A stretch of DNA of 64,000 bases from Eledone cirrhosa (GCA_964016885.1 OZ024762.1:13330001-13394000), one strand, 5' to 3'. Shown: positions 29,833 through 62,528, counted from the stretch's first letter. Notes: generated by a model not told the origin, from the letters alone. A program made the numbers and translations.

Positions 29833-30848
29833 TCATGTGAAGGGTGAACGTCACCGTCCTTGAGAATTTAGGTTCAAGGTCGTCATTCCCGTGTCTTCTA
29901 TTGTTAATAAGCACACTAGCTTTACCTCTCTCTCTTTCTGGCACACTAGCTTTACCTCTCTCTCTCTGGCACACTAGCTTTACCTCTCTCTCTCTCTAGA
30001 TGTACCCCTTCTCTCTATTTATATATGTCATGGAAAGTGTGTATTTCTACTAACATTCTCTCTATATATATATACGGTTGTCTATTTACACACACATACA
30101 TAAACACACACACATAGCCATACGTATATATATACACACACACAGACATCTAAAGAAAGATAGATAGAGAGAGAGCGTGAAATATTTCTATACGGCTGTA
30201 TATTTACACATAATTACGCGCACATACACACCCACACATATATATACACACATAGACATATAAAGAGAGAGAAAGAATGTTAGAGACATAGAGAGAGACG
30301 TAAGAACTCATCTTTCGCTTCCATAGCGTTGGAACAAGCCGTTAAAATCACAGCTTTTCCCCTTAAAAACACATTTTTATATAAATTTCATTCAGTTTAG
30401 TTTAGTTTAGTTTATATTTAGTTTAATTTTAATTTTATTTTATTTTATTTCGAGCTAGTTTACAGATCCATTCTACTAATTTGGCTAAACTACTATAATT
30501 CGGTGAAGAACACCACACCACACCACACCACACCCCTACTATATACGTATATGACATATATATTATATATAAATATATATATACCCAGGATTCTGTAGTT
30601 CAAGCAACGACAGTCACATATAGACATACATATATAAATTATATATAATTATATATTTACATATATATTTATATACACAAGACAGCCCCACATAAAAATA
30701 CACATATATTTTATATATAAATTGTATATATATTTATATACTTGGGACTCTAAACTCCAAGACAGCCCCTATATAAACACACACGTACATATATATAGAC
30801 ATATATATATATAAATTAACAACAACACAGCAATAGGAACCAACAAAA

Positions 30849-46812
<15,964 letters not shown>

Positions 46813-47400
46813 ACCAACTGATGCTCCCAACGGCCCACAACAATGGAACGCCCCAAAACCTTAAGTCCATCCACTCGCATCCTGAAATATGAACTGGGTA
46901 CTTCCTCCCCATTCCTTTGCTGAAAAAAACAAACCAACAAACAAACCCCCTCCCCCAATATAGGGCCTCTACCTCATTTGAGCAAATAACCCGTTCTTCA
47001 AACAATGGAGCTCCTTAGTGGACGCTGTTTTATATTTTATTTTTGTTTTGTATTTTTCCCCCTGTAATAAATAAAAAGGGTTTTTTTTTTAAGGGTTTTT
47101 TTTTTTTTTTTTTTCTTTTTTTTGAGGATGTATTTTTTTTAATTTTATTTTGGGAAAATATATTTTGTGGCCTCTTGAATTCGTTTTCTTTCAGCAAATG
47201 AACTGAAATAATAATAATGATAATGATAATAATAATAATAATGAATAATATAAATTATTTGGATTAATTTATTTCGATTTTTTTTTTTTACTGAATACAC
47301 CCCTCCCCACGCGAACCAAACATACACACCTTTGTTAATTTAAAAAAAATATTTTTAAATTTTTTTACACCATATTGATTTATGTTGATTTCAAATAATC

Positions 47401-47460
47401 AATAAAGAAATTCAGTTTATGGAAAACTAATGTATGGTTGTTGTTGTTGTTACTGGTTTT
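47401..47460 (+). terminator. Probable PGM polyadenylation signal with GT-rich downstream element
   Basis: AATAAA at 47401-47406 followed by tgtatggttgttgttgttgtt; an alternative AATAAA lies at 47066-47071. Confidence 0.5.
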
Positions 47461-47829
47461 GCTTATTGTTATTTATACAGAGTGACCCAAAAGTCACCAG
47501 ACCATTATATATAAATATATATATATTATGGTCCTCAAACACTCCATCAAGCAGGTCCTGTCAGAAGCAACTGTCTGAAAATAAATACAAGGAGTAATAG
47601 CAGGTGATTTAACCCTACGATGGACTTGCGTCATGTCCAGGTTGGTGCGAGTCTTGTCCGATCAATCATTTAACGCCACAGAAACTAGGATAAGTACCGG
47701 CCTGTTGAGTTTCAGGGCTCGAGACAAACTTTAGACTTCTTAAAGATAAAAAAAAAAAAAAAAAAAAATCGATTTTTGAGTTATCTCCCTGGAAGAAAGA
47801 AACCATTGATACAAGAGTTGCCTCCCACA

Positions 47830-48050
47830 GTGAAAACGCGTGGCTTAGTGGTTAGAGCGTTGGTTTTGCAATGATAGAGGTTGTGAGTTCGATTCTCGGA
47901 CATGATAATGCGTTGTCTTCTTGAGCAAGAAACTTTATTTTACATTCCTTCCAGTTTGCACCACTGTGGAAATGAGTTGCGACGTCACTGGCGCCATGTT
48001 GTATCGGCCATTGTCATTCTCTTGGACAACATTGGTGGCGTGAGGACTGG
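47830..48050 (+). mobile_element. tRNA-derived SINE family A
   Basis: TGGCTTAGTGG, GAGTTCGATTC, CTTGAGCAAGAAACTTT. Confidence 0.8.
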
Positions 48051-48087
48051 TATGTATGTATATATATATATATATATATATATACAT

Positions 48088-48625
48088 AAGCAAAGAGAAA
48101 TTTAATTTGCTGGTAATTCAACAAATTTATTTATTATAACAGATTCGAAGCACTCTACAGATTTCCTGGAGTATAATATCAATGATATTAATAAATGGAA
48201 AACCATATTTATTTCATTGTGAATTGGCAGTATCGGTAGAGGGTCGGACGCCTTGCTTTCCAGCATAGTTACGTCCCTTTACGGTAAATAGTTACGTCCC
48301 TTTACCTCAAATTCCGTCGAGGTTAACTTTGCCTTTTATCCTTACGGGGTCGATAAAATAAAGTACCAGTAATGTACTGGGTAATTTTGCTGGCCCTGTG
48401 CCAAAAGTAGAAACAATTATATATATTTCAACCAAACCTTATCGGTTCAGGTGCCATTTGTAACCTGAACCGATAAGGTTTGTTTTATCGGGTATGTCAC
48501 TATTTATGAAACAAATTTTGTATTTTATCTGATGAGCGCGTACCAAAATGTTGGTACCCTTGAAATATATATAATAAAATAATTATGGTTTTATAAATAT
48601 AGTTTCCATTTATTAATATCATTGA
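48088..48625. mobile_element. Foldback HHR element whose left arm is interrupted by a family B SINE
   Basis: + HHR at 48521-48581 (CTGATGA 48529-48535, GAAA 48562-48565, stem III ATATATAT); central hairpin AAACCTTATCGGTTCAGG / CCTGAACCGATAAGGTTT. Confidence 0.8.
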
Positions 48626-48737
48626 TATATATATATATATATATATAATGGAAAAATTTGAACAGGGACAAAACAGAGAGGCAGTACAATAAATGTTTAT
48701 TAATTTCACGCTCAGGAGAGTGGGGGGTAGGTGGGGG

Positions 48738-48769
48738 ACGACGTTTCGGGCATAAGCCCTTCCTCGGGT
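48738..48769 (-). ncRNA. Minimal hammerhead motif, U4>C variant
   Basis: AC-CCGAGGA-A-GGGC(TTAT)GCCC-GAAA-CG-TC|GT; same architecture as 10434-10469. Confidence 0.55.
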
Positions 48770-49037
48770 GAGAAGTGTGTGGGAACAGCGTTCAAAAGGT
48801 GTGTATATATAATTTGCTAGGTTGTATATACTGGTCAAGGGACCATACTTTACAGGATTTACGCTTAATGGAGTAATCTATATAGACACAGGCTGGGCTT
48901 ATATATACATATATATATGTGTGTGTGTATATATATATATGTGTGTGTATATATATAAATAACTATAGATACTTACATACACATATACACACTTACACAC
49001 ATAGATACCGTTATAAACATACACACACTAAAGTGTG

Positions 49038-49068
<31 letters not shown>

Positions 49069-50009
49069 ATATATATATTTACAACTAGATGTTTGCACAC
49101 ACACACACACACACACACACACAATTACACACACCTTATGTGTATTGATCTGTTAGTGAACATATCACCGGAAACCCACCACACGGGATGGAGGAACACA
49201 TACCCCCCCCCCCCCCCGCATCCTCTTCCTACCCCTCTTCCTCCTCTGCTACCTCCTCATCTTCCTTCAGTATATATACACACTGTCTCCCCCACTACAC
49301 CACCACCACCACTACCGTTGTCTCTTTCCATTCTCCACCACCACCATTGTCTCCTTTCATTCTCCACCACCACCACCACTACCACCACTACCACCACCAC
49401 AACCACCATCATTGTCTCCTTCCATTCTCCACCACCACCACCACCATCGCCACCACCACCACCATTGTCTCCTTCCATTCTCCACCACCACCACCACCAT
49501 CGCCACCACCACCATCATTGTCTCCTTCCATTCTCCACCACCACCACCACCATCGCCACCACCACCACCATTGTCTCCTTCCATTCTCCACCACCACCAC
49601 CACTACCACCACCATCACCACCATCATTGTCTCCTTCCATTCTCCACCACCACCACCATCACCACCATCGCCACCACCACCATTGTCTCCTCCCATTCTC
49701 AACCACCACCATCGCCACCACCACAACCACCACCACCACCGCCACCACCACTACCACCGCCACCGCCACCAGATATAAACCACACTCGGTTGTTATGTTA
49801 CCCTACAGCTGAAATATTTCTTTTGTAAAGACCTTTATCTCACAAATCATACAATTTTCAATGGAGGGCTGCTATTGTCTCTAACAAAATGTCTCTTTCT
49901 TCGCCGCCCTCTCTTTTACACACACACACACACACATACACATACACACATATATATATACATATATATATATATATAAGTCCCGGGCTCAATCTGGGGT
50001 AACCACAGT

Positions 50010-50182
50010 AAGCAAGGTACTCAATACATTAGTAGAATGTATACAGAAAATATAATATAGAAATGGCTTCTACAGGACTAGAACTGTTTCGTTCGAAGGA
50101 AATCATTAGGAAAGCCTTAATGGTGATTTTCTGAAGTTTTCCTTCGAATGAAACATTTCTAGTCCTGTAGAAGCCTTCTATA
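50010..50182. mobile_element. Short foldback element with HHR-like arms; second copy at ~51565-51724
   Basis: GGCTTCTACAGGACTAGAACTGTTTC / GAAACAGTTCTAGTCCTGTAGAAG; the - arm of copy 2 reads CTGATGA-TTTTCTTCGAAT-GAAAC. Confidence 0.7.
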
Positions 50183-50236
50183 TATATATATATGATAAAG
50201 AACACAAGAGCGTCTACAACATCAAAAGATTTTTAT

Positions 50237-50285
50237 TGGCTTACAATGTTTCTTCCTTACGTAACCGTAGGATTCGTCAGAGCTA
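50237..50285 (-). ncRNA. Hammerhead motif
   Basis: TAGCT-CTGACGA-A-TCCTACG(GTTA)CGTAAGGA-A-GAAA-CATTG-TA|AGCCA. Confidence 0.6.
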
Positions 50286-50390
50286 TAAAAGGGGTTTGAT
50301 TAGTACCAGTAATGTACTGAGTATTTGCTGGCCCTGTGCCAAAACCTTAATGGGACACGCTATACAATACCTAACTCCTATTAACCTAAG

Positions 50391-50438
<48 letters not shown>

Positions 50439-50800
50439 TCAGGTTTGAGGTTCACCACTGTATAGAGCTGGTCTATTCCGTATGGTCAATCGTAATGCAA
50501 TAATATAGAGAGTACTCAACGTAAAGCAGTTCAACCGTCTTTGTTTTTGTAGTTGGTGGTGTAATAAACCTTTCAAGGATTTACACAAATCCAGCCTCCT
50601 GTCATTTCATTATATTATATATATATATATATATATTAGGATTGGTGCTCTGAAATAGCGATCTATACATGAATGTATATATATAGTATAGCTGGCGATA
50701 TACTGTATGTTTAATTAAAAACATTTTGAAGACCTTGCGCTATTATTTTAAAGTAGTGACTAAGTCACTTGCTTCATTTTTCAACAAAGGAAGGGAGATA

Positions 50801-50838
50801 ATCTGACAGATCTGTTTCACACAGTGTTCATCAGAGGT
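50801..50838 (-). ncRNA. Minimal hammerhead motif with a 10-nt palindromic stem III
   Basis: CT-CTGATGA-ACA(CTG)TGT-GAAA-CAGATCTG-TC|AG; GUC triplet, weak stem I. Confidence 0.65.
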
Positions 50839-51123
50839 GTTTATCAGAACTTCGCTGACCTTTGCTGAAAATTATAGAGGCTTTATAGAATTCCAGTAAT
50901 AATCAGGAACTGATTATACAGAGCGATTGCCGGCCCAGCAAAAATTGAAAATTAGGATTGGTGCTCTGAAATAGCGATGTATACATGAATGTATGTATAG
51001 TATATCTGGTGATATACTGTATGTTTAATTAAAAACATTTTGAAGATCTTACGCTATTATTTTAAAGTAGTGACTTACTTCTTTTTTCAGCAAAGTATAT
51101 TGCAAAATATACTATACATACAT

Positions 51124-51165
<42 letters not shown>

Positions 51166-51424
51166 GGGATAACAAATTATTGTTATAGGTAGTCCACTTA
51201 GATGTAGTCCAGTTAGGGTACTCCGAGTAGTGGATAGTATTAACACTTGGCTAAGTTTCACTCAACAAGACGTTTCCATAGTGATGCTGCGAGTACGCGG
51301 TGATTTCTATAACAAATAATTGGTGATCGGGTAGCGATCTCTAGACCTACCAGTTCAGAGAAACAATTGTCAGCAATGTTAATAAAGCCCTTATTGTATA
51401 GCAAACCATGTCACTCTTCTCTCT

Positions 51425-51478
<54 letters not shown>

Positions 51479-52366
51479 GTATATATGTATATATATATAT
51501 ATATGTATGTATGTATGTGTGTGTGTTTGTGTAAGTACTGGTTTCAATCAGGTGTAACCAGAGTATGTAATGTACTCAATACATTATTTGATACAAAATC
51601 TAATATAGAAATGGCTTCTACAGGACTAGAACTGTTTCATTCGAAGAAAATCATCAGGAAAGCCTTGATGATGATTTTCCTTCAAATGAAACAGTTCTAG
51701 TCCTGTAGAAGTCATTTCTATATAAAAGTCATTTCAACAGCTGAATAAACTGGAACAACGTGAAATAAAGTCTCTTACCCAAGAACACAACGCAACTTTC
51801 AGTCTGGGAATCGAACTCACAAACTCACGATTCTGAACTCGACACTGTAACTACTAAACCACTCAGCTTTTCTACCAAATTCCAATAACAAAACATTGGT
51901 GAATCCGATGCCATCTTAGTAGACATAAAGCCATTTATGCAAGGTTCCGTGAAGTGAACTGAAACCAAGAACTACGTTGGTGTGGAGAGGACACTTTGAC
52001 TCGGAGACGTCTGTTGGAATTGGTCAACCATTCTTCTCACTAAAATCGTAATTTCTTCTTCTTCTTCTTCTTCTTCTTCTTCTTCTAGTTCTTCTTCTTC
52101 TTCTAGTTCTTCTTCTTCTACTAGTTCTTCTAGTTCTTCTTCTTCTTCTTCTTCTTCTTCTTCTTCTTCTTCTTCTTCTTCTTCTTCTTCTTCTTCTTCT
52201 TCTTCTTCTTCTTCTTCTTCTTTCTTCTTCTTCTTCTTCTTCTTCTTCTTCTTCTTCTTCATCATGGTTGTTGCTGTTGTTGTTGTTGTCGAACTCTAAG
52301 ACATGAAATGGTGAATTATTGCTCGGTACGTTTAATAAGATTTCGTTTGATTAATAGCGGCATGTA

Positions 52367-52419
<53 letters not shown>

Positions 52420-52549
52420 AACATGTATATATATCTATATATCTATATATATCTATCTATATATATCTATATATATATATATATATGTACATACATGTAC
52501 ATATATATATATATATATACATACGTACATATATATATGTATATATATA

Positions 52550-52595
<46 letters not shown>

Positions 52596-52665
52596 TACAC
52601 ATACAGTATATACATACATACATATATATATATACATGCATACATATTTACATATATATACGTAG

Positions 52666-52742
<77 letters not shown>

Positions 52743-52746
52743 AACA

Positions 52747-52834
<88 letters not shown>

Positions 52835-53089
52835 CATACGTACATATATATATATATGTATAGTATAAATATGTATATATATATATATATCATGAATCAT
52901 GTCCTTAAAATTATTAGATAAAATAGATACCATTTCCTCTCCCAATCATGTATATACTGTATGTGTATATATGTATATATATATATGTATGTATACATAT
53001 ATATATATATATATATATATATGTGTTTGGCATATTATATTCAACAAAATGGGAAAAATCACTTGCAGTGGAATAGTCATGTTAGTTAC

Positions 53090-53130
<41 letters not shown>

Positions 53131-53178
53131 TATATATATATATATATATATATTAATATATATATATATATATATATA

Positions 53179-53257
<79 letters not shown>

Positions 53258-53264
53258 ATACATA

Positions 53265-53324
<60 letters not shown>

Positions 53325-53379
53325 CATACATACATGCATATATACATACATATATATATATATATTTATATATATATAG

Positions 53380-53440
<61 letters not shown>

Positions 53441-53515
53441 CATACATACATGCATATATACATACATATATATAAATGTATGTACATATATATATATATA
53501 TATATAGAATGATAC

Positions 53516-53551
<36 letters not shown>

Positions 53552-53559
53552 AATGATAC

Positions 53560-53600
<41 letters not shown>

Positions 53601-53712
53601 AGTATACGAGCACATACATACAGACGTACATCCTGTTAAATAGCGAGGATAAAATATTATGTAGCCAAGTGTTGCTATTGATTTCAGAGATTATCTGGAG
53701 GATCAGACATAA

Positions 53713-53773
<61 letters not shown>

Positions 53774-53935
53774 ATGGATCAGGCATAACAAAGCGATAAA
53801 ATGTCACATGTCTTGGATTACGATCGTTTCTGATGTAGATATATTGATATTACAGAGACATATGTGTAGAGACATTGATACAGATATAATCGGAAATTGC
53901 GTTTCGCTTATTTCTACCCGCACGATTAACGCTGA

Positions 53936-54031
<96 letters not shown>

Positions 54032-54043
54032 TATATATATATA

Positions 54044-54076
<33 letters not shown>

Positions 54077-54096
54077 CTATATATATATATATATAT

Positions 54097-54193
<97 letters not shown>

Positions 54194-54232
54194 GAGTGTG
54201 TGTCTAAAAATCTGTATGCGTGTGAGTGTATA

Positions 54233-54346
<114 letters not shown>

Positions 54347-54347
54347 C

Positions 54348-54396
<49 letters not shown>

Positions 54397-54423
54397 CATA
54401 TATATACATATACATATATATAC

Positions 54424-54457
<34 letters not shown>

Positions 54458-54478
54458 ACATAAACATATATATACATA

Positions 54479-54560
<82 letters not shown>

Positions 54561-54652
54561 CCACAGTTCTGTCTCTATCGTTGGCATGGAATGAACTTAT
54601 GTGTGAACGTGTGTATATATGTGTGTATGCATGAGTGTGTGTGAGTGTATAT

Positions 54653-54745
<93 letters not shown>

Positions 54746-54932
54746 TATGTAAACCATATTTCTCCATAGTTGGTCGTTGGCATGGAGCATTAAAAGATGA
54801 TGAATTGTTGGAATTTATGAACTAAATCTGATTATATCTCAGCTCAGTCTCAACCTTCATCTATTTCCCGCCAAAAGCTATACCACTGTGTGAATTTATA
54901 TATACGTCGACATCTGTGACTAGGACTGTGTG

Positions 54933-54978
<46 letters not shown>

Positions 54979-54989
54979 GTATATATATA

Positions 54990-55052
<63 letters not shown>

Positions 55053-55127
55053 GTATATATATATGTACATATATATATATATGTATGTATGTATGTATAT
55101 AGACATATATATATATATATAATTATA

Positions 55128-55178
<51 letters not shown>

Positions 55179-55226
55179 CTACACACATATATATATATGT
55201 GTGTTTGTGTGAGTGTAAATGTATTC

Positions 55227-55277
<51 letters not shown>

Positions 55278-55342
55278 CATACATGTGTCTCTGTGTGTGT
55301 GAGTGTATATATATATACATATATGTGTCTCTGTGTATACCT

Positions 55343-55427
<85 letters not shown>

Positions 55428-55469
55428 AATGTGTGTGTGAGTGTATATGTGTATATATATATATATATA

Positions 55470-55513
<44 letters not shown>

Positions 55514-55789
55514 AATGTGTGTGTGTATCTGTGTGAAAACAAATAAAGTTTGGTTGAAATTATTAGATTTTTAATTAGATCTTCGACGTTCCTCCATGTA
55601 TTATGGATTTTATAGATTACAAGTGCCCCGTTTCCAGTATACTGTAACGGTTACAGGGTTGTTGCCTCTAAGATCGTAGGAGATCTTTTCTTTCATGAGG
55701 ACGGAACTCCTGTTCCTGCAGGACTTAATCCGAATAAGAAATCCTTCGCACTTCGAAGCCAACCACTTCTAAATGATGTCAGTAATCCT

Positions 55790-56130
55790 TGACGCGTGTT
55801 GAAGAGTTGGATTCGTAATCGCGAGGTTGCGAGTTCGATTCCGGACTGGTTGATGCGTTATATCATCGAACAAGATGCTTTATTTTAGGTTGCTCGCTCT
55901 GACAGGAGTTGCGACTGGTAGATAGTATCAGAAACTGGGGCCAAGCTGTATCATCCTTTACTTTTCCTTGGACAACATCGGTGGCGTGGAGAGGAGAGAG
56001 CGAGACTGATATATACATGGGCAACTGCTGGTCTTCCACAAACAACTTTGCCCAGACTTGGCCCTCGGAAGGGAAACTTTCTAGGTGAAAATCCTATGGT
56101 CATTCGTGACCGATGAGAATCTTTGCCCTT
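55790..56130 (+). mobile_element. Diverged SINE family A; partial - strand copy at ~51737-51868
   Basis: Box B GAGTTCGATTCC and the 3' region shared with 28233-28570. Confidence 0.75.
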
Positions 56131-56424
56131 TTATCACACTAACTATCCTGTCATTTCAGGTACAGACGTTTCAGTGGGTTCCACTCAAATAGGCTCCAAT
56201 TCAGCAGCTTTTTACTGACAATGTTTTGTAACGCCAGCATAGTTAGAGTAATAAATATCTGAATACCACAACTCGTCCCACTGATTGAGTGCTCTTCCTA
56301 ACTTTGGATATCCTTTCCCAAATTTCACAAAACTATATACGTACAAGCACACACGTGCTTTTTCTCTCCCAACCTAAATATGTCCCCGTCTTTTTCTCCT
56401 CTCACTCCCGTCATTCTTTCTATT

Positions 56425-56520
56425 AGTTTATTTCTCATTCTATGTTCTGATGATGTACTAAAGTCCGAAACGTTAAAGCTATTTTCCTACTATATCATTC
56501 GTTAAAATAACACCTTCATT
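56425..56520 (+). mobile_element. Decayed copy of the 10410-10500 HHR element
   Basis: TTATTTCTCATTCT..CTGATGA..GTCCGAAACGTTAA; stem II mismatched. Confidence 0.6.
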
Positions 56521-56645
56521 GCACTGTATCGTTCTGCTGTTTTGTTTATCCGTTTACTTCCCGCATGTCCATGTAGAAGGTGAATATAATTGAGATTCAG
56601 CTACAACTTTAAAAACTACAAAGCAACTGATCTGGATATATAAAC

Positions 56646-56732
<87 letters not shown>

Positions 56733-56750
56733 GTATATATATATAATATA

Positions 56751-56795
<45 letters not shown>

Positions 56796-56826
56796 GTATA
56801 TATATATATATATGTATATATATATG

Positions 56827-56909
<83 letters not shown>

Positions 56910-56942
56910 CTATATATAGATATATCTATATATATATATATA

Positions 56943-57056
<114 letters not shown>

Positions 57057-57215
57057 TATACATATGTGGAGAGGAGGCACAATGAGTTAGAATATATTGT
57101 TAAATAACAAAGTAAAACATTTCGTTTTAATCATTTTCTAACCCAGGAAAAAAGGGAAAAAAATATATTTTTCTTCCTCATAATCGTCTCTTTCTCCCTG
57201 TTTTTCATATATATA

Positions 57216-57316
<101 letters not shown>

Positions 57317-57359
57317 GATATATATATATATATATAATGTATATATCTATATCTATCTA

Positions 57360-57401
<42 letters not shown>

Positions 57402-57519
57402 CATATATAGATATATTTATAGATGTATGTAACCTATATATAAATATGTAATACACACACAATATATATATATATAATATATATATATGTGTGTGTGTGT
57501 GTGTATGCATATATATATG

Positions 57520-57600
<81 letters not shown>

Positions 57601-57753
57601 ATGTGTGTATGTGTGTGTGTGTGTATATATATATATATGTGTGTATATATATATATATATATGTGTGTATATATACATATATGGCGGCGAAAATACCGAG
57701 AAGTCTCATTATTGAAAACTATTGATCGCTGCCAATGATGTTATCTTTGCTGT

Positions 57754-57784
<31 letters not shown>

Positions 57785-57943
57785 GCATCATTGTTATTAG
57801 TAGTAGCAGTACTGGTGGTGGTGGTGGTGGTAGTAGTAGTAGTAGTAGTGTTAGTAATAGTAGTCGTAGTACAAATAGTAATATCTAAGAAACTAACAAA
57901 CAAAAAGCTGAGACAGAAAGAGAGAGAGAAGGAAAGAGAGTAC

Positions 57944-57986
<43 letters not shown>

Positions 57987-58144
57987 TTTGTGTCAATATT
58001 TCATAAAAAGAATATTTGTACTTTGAACAGTTTACATATTGGGGGGGGGGGGGGGGAAGTGGCTTCGTTATTGACTGACATGACTGTGGGGACTTAGAGA
58101 CATATATGTATATATATATATATATATACACATATATATATGTG

Positions 58145-58176
<32 letters not shown>

Positions 58177-58294
58177 TACATATATATTTATATATGTATA
58201 TATATATAAATATATACATATATATTTATATATGTATATATATATATATATATACATATATATTTATATATGTATATATATATATATATATACA

Positions 58295-58358
<64 letters not shown>

Positions 58359-58392
58359 TATATATATACATATATACATATATATTTATATA

Positions 58393-58427
<35 letters not shown>

Positions 58428-58430
58428 TTA

Positions 58431-58476
<46 letters not shown>

Positions 58477-58523
58477 TATTTATATATGTATATATATATA
58501 TATAATATATATATATACATATA

Positions 58524-58575
<52 letters not shown>

Positions 58576-58596
58576 TATTTATATATATATATATAT

Positions 58597-58637
<41 letters not shown>

Positions 58638-58659
58638 CACACACACATATAATATACTG

Positions 58660-58697
<38 letters not shown>

Positions 58698-58704
58698 ATA
58701 TATG

Positions 58705-58736
<32 letters not shown>

Positions 58737-58738
58737 CG

Positions 58739-58778
<40 letters not shown>

Positions 58779-58813
58779 CATATATATATACACATATATA
58801 TACACATATATAT

Positions 58814-58864
<51 letters not shown>

Positions 58865-59295
58865 ATATATACAGACCTATAGAGAGACACACGCACCTAC
58901 ATATAAACACACACATACACCTATACGTAGACAGACACATACACACACTGACACACACATAGACACACACACTCACACGTTAACACCAACATTGCTCTAA
59001 GTCACAATAAACATCAAGTGCATCTTATCTCCCACACACACTATCACACACACACACACAGCCACACACACACACAGCCACACTGTTACACACACACACA
59101 CTATTACACACACACACACACACTATCACATACACACACACACACACACGCGCGCAGTATCTGCATCATTGTCGACACCACTACCACCGACATGTGTATA
59201 ACCACCACCACCACCACCAGCATGTGTTTAACTATCATCATTATCACCATCATCATCACACCAACATAAACATTATTAACTTCCACACCACCACC

Positions 59296-59401
<106 letters not shown>

Positions 59402-59547
59402 TCACATTTTTTAACTAATCTTATACTATGCGATATGATTAGTAATGTTATACTAATTAATATTAGATAAAAGCTAATTAATTTTGCCTCAAGTTTTAAC
59501 GAGACAATGATTGGTCTACTGACCTATCAGTAGCTATAATAAACTAA

Positions 59548-59845
59548 TTTACCTATAGAACAGACATTAGAAGTGAGATAAGAATCTCGAGGAAAGGTAA
59601 ACATCACTTCTCTAGTGAGCTTTCTCTAGCTTTCTTATACAAACACAGTTTAACTTTTACCAAAGTATCCCAAAGTAGAGATAGATATACTAATAGAAAT
59701 AGCAAAATATATTAAACTTAACATATTTACCTATAGAACAGACACTGGAAGTGAGATAAGAATCTCGGGGAAAAGTAAACATCACTTCTCTAGTGAGCTT
59801 TCTCTAGCTTTCTTATATAAACACAATTTAACTTTTACCAAGGTC
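59548..59845. repeat. Local duplication with ~179-bp period
   Basis: ATTTACCTATAGAACAGACA..CTTTTACCAA occurs twice. Confidence 0.8.
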
Positions 59846-59884
59846 TCCAAAAGGAGGGAACGATATATACACACACACACACAC

Positions 59885-59915
<31 letters not shown>

Positions 59916-59969
59916 TGTATGTATGTATGTATGTATGTATGTATGTATGTATGTATGTATGTATGTATG

Positions 59970-60010
<41 letters not shown>

Positions 60011-60761
60011 TATATATATATATATATATTAAAATAACAGAGTAAAGTTTAAGTTTAAGCGAAGAATCGCTGCTTTCACCCTTAACGGGATCTTCTGAAG
60101 TTCATATATTTTATACATTTTTTATATATATTATCCTTATCGAGCTCGTTTCGGATTTCAGTCTTCACATTTAATATTATTACTATATATATATATATAT
60201 TATATATATATATATATATAATAATATATATATATATATAATATTAAGGATACTAATTTATAGCTATGTATAATTTTAAACTATAAACAACTAGAAACAG
60301 GGAAGGTCAGTAATTTATTATTACCTTATTACCAGTCAGATAAATACCTCAATGTAAGAACATCAGTTGCTTTACAGAGCAGTAATATTGAAATCACAAA
60401 TCAAAGCTATGTTCAAAACATTTATCCACTGACAATTGTTTCTTCCAATATATATTATATATATATATATATATTATATATATATATACTATTATATATA
60501 CATATATATATATATTTAATACATTAACAGAGAAAGCTTTAAGCAATACTCCGACCGGCTTCCGTCTCACTCAACAAACATTAGGATATACCTTAGTATA
60601 ATCCGAATTATACGTTTGGGGTGCAAACTATACGTATTTTGCGGATAGCCAGTTGCATTATTTTATATGAGACATAATTAAAATACATCTCTCTTTCCAA
60701 ACGATCGTGTCATTATAAGTTTTCTACAAATGGGAAAATAATGTCCTGGTTATGTAGAAGC

Positions 60762-60961
60762 NNNNNNNNNNNNNNNNNNNNNNNNNNNNNNNNNNNNNNN
60801 NNNNNNNNNNNNNNNNNNNNNNNNNNNNNNNNNNNNNNNNNNNNNNNNNNNNNNNNNNNNNNNNNNNNNNNNNNNNNNNNNNNNNNNNNNNNNNNNNNNN
60901 NNNNNNNNNNNNNNNNNNNNNNNNNNNNNNNNNNNNNNNNNNNNNNNNNNNNNNNNNNNNN
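60762..60961. other. Assembly gap (200 N)
   Basis: Run of N. Confidence 1.
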
Positions 60962-61001
60962 AACCTCGGCGGGATTTGAGGATTGCTCCGAACGAAATAC
61001 C

Positions 61002-61092
61002 CGTGTCTGAAAGAACCTGCAGCCGTAGAATCAGCCAGATCCATACAGTGACCATGTCTCGAGCTACGTGTCGGCGAAACAATTGTAACACG
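61002..61092 (+). ncRNA. Hammerhead-like motif with extended domain II
   Basis: CGTGT-CTGAAAGA-..GCCG..CGGC-GAAA-CAATTG-TA|ACACG: perfect stems I and III, atypical core spacing. Confidence 0.5.
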
Positions 61093-61221
61093 CAATAAAT
61101 TAAGTCCAGATGCATCACTGATTTTTCGTTTTCTTTATGCTATCTACACTCTACTCTGCTGAATATCGAGTGCTAATTTTGGCATACCGCCTATGGAAGC
61201 ACCATAGCTACCATTATACAC

Positions 61222-61258
<37 letters not shown>

Positions 61259-61754
61259 TAAAGCAAAGAGATATTTAATTTGCTGGTAATTCAACAAATT
61301 TATTTATATATTTATATAAAGAATGACTTCACTTGTAGTTCTAAACTATTTAATTAGATTTTGTGATATTATAATTTTACAATTTGGTTTTGTAAATCTA
61401 GAAAGTTTGTTGGTAACTTTGTTGAAGAGATTTTTTAAATACTCCTGGTTAACTTTCTTGGAGAAATTTCTCGCATTCGGATAGATATATACACATTTTC
61501 ATACACACCTACATTTATCCATTCATAGATAATAAAATCGATAGCTAGGGTACAAGAATTCTACACATTGTTTCATGTCTGTTGAAACATAGCTAGAAAT
61601 TGCTGCCAACCATTGCTCATGATATTTACCTCCTGTCGATAAGGAAGTTAAGGAAAACTGTTGCATATTAAGTATAGGGCGAGAAGATGAAACATTCCAC
61701 TTGAGTGGATTGTCTCGCTTGCCGCCATATGAGGTGGAGAGATAGAGTGCGTGC

Positions 61755-61845
<91 letters not shown>

Positions 61846-62528
61846 AGATGAAATAGGGAGATGATGTGTAGGTAGGTAGTTAGATAGGAACAAAGAACAG
61901 AAGGATAGATAGATATATTTTGGAAAGGTCACTATAAAGGTCAGATGAAAACACAGGAAGATAGATAGGGCGAAATATAGAACGATAGATATGTAGATAG
62001 ATAGATAGATAGATAGGTATGTAGATAGATCTCTCTCTCTCTATATATATACGTGGACCCATAGAGAGATAGCTATATAGATATATAGATAGATCTATAG
62101 CGAGATAGATTGATAATCTATCTAGATACACAGTTAGACATGTATATATATAGATACGTATATGTAAATAGATAGATATAAAAATAGAGTAATGTGAGAG
62201 TGGACAAAGTAATTATATTTACAAATATACAAGCAGAAACCTTTACATACCCAGCACCCCCCAGGATAGTTCAGAATAACCTCGTCTAACAACTCGGCTG
62301 ATAATAGTCATGGACGAAATATACAAGAAATATTTTATAAACGGTATTAAAATTTAATTCAACGTCATTAGAATCGAGAATAATAATTACTTTTATTGGA
62401 AAAAACTATAATTTAAGCAATTTAAAACAGCAGTTCTTATATTTAGAAGATCAGACAATAAATGTAGATTAAAATTAGTCAAATCAAAAATACATCATTT
62501 TATTTTTAATTGATGAGAGTAAAATTTT

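Noticed and set aside
50635-51095. ~140-bp direct repeats (starting ~50635 and ~50951) as LTRs of a small retrozyme-like element around the 50801 HHR
   Set aside because: The HHR lies between the repeats rather than within them, and no TG..CA ends, PBS or TSD were seen; treated as a local duplication, though a genome-wide search could revive the idea
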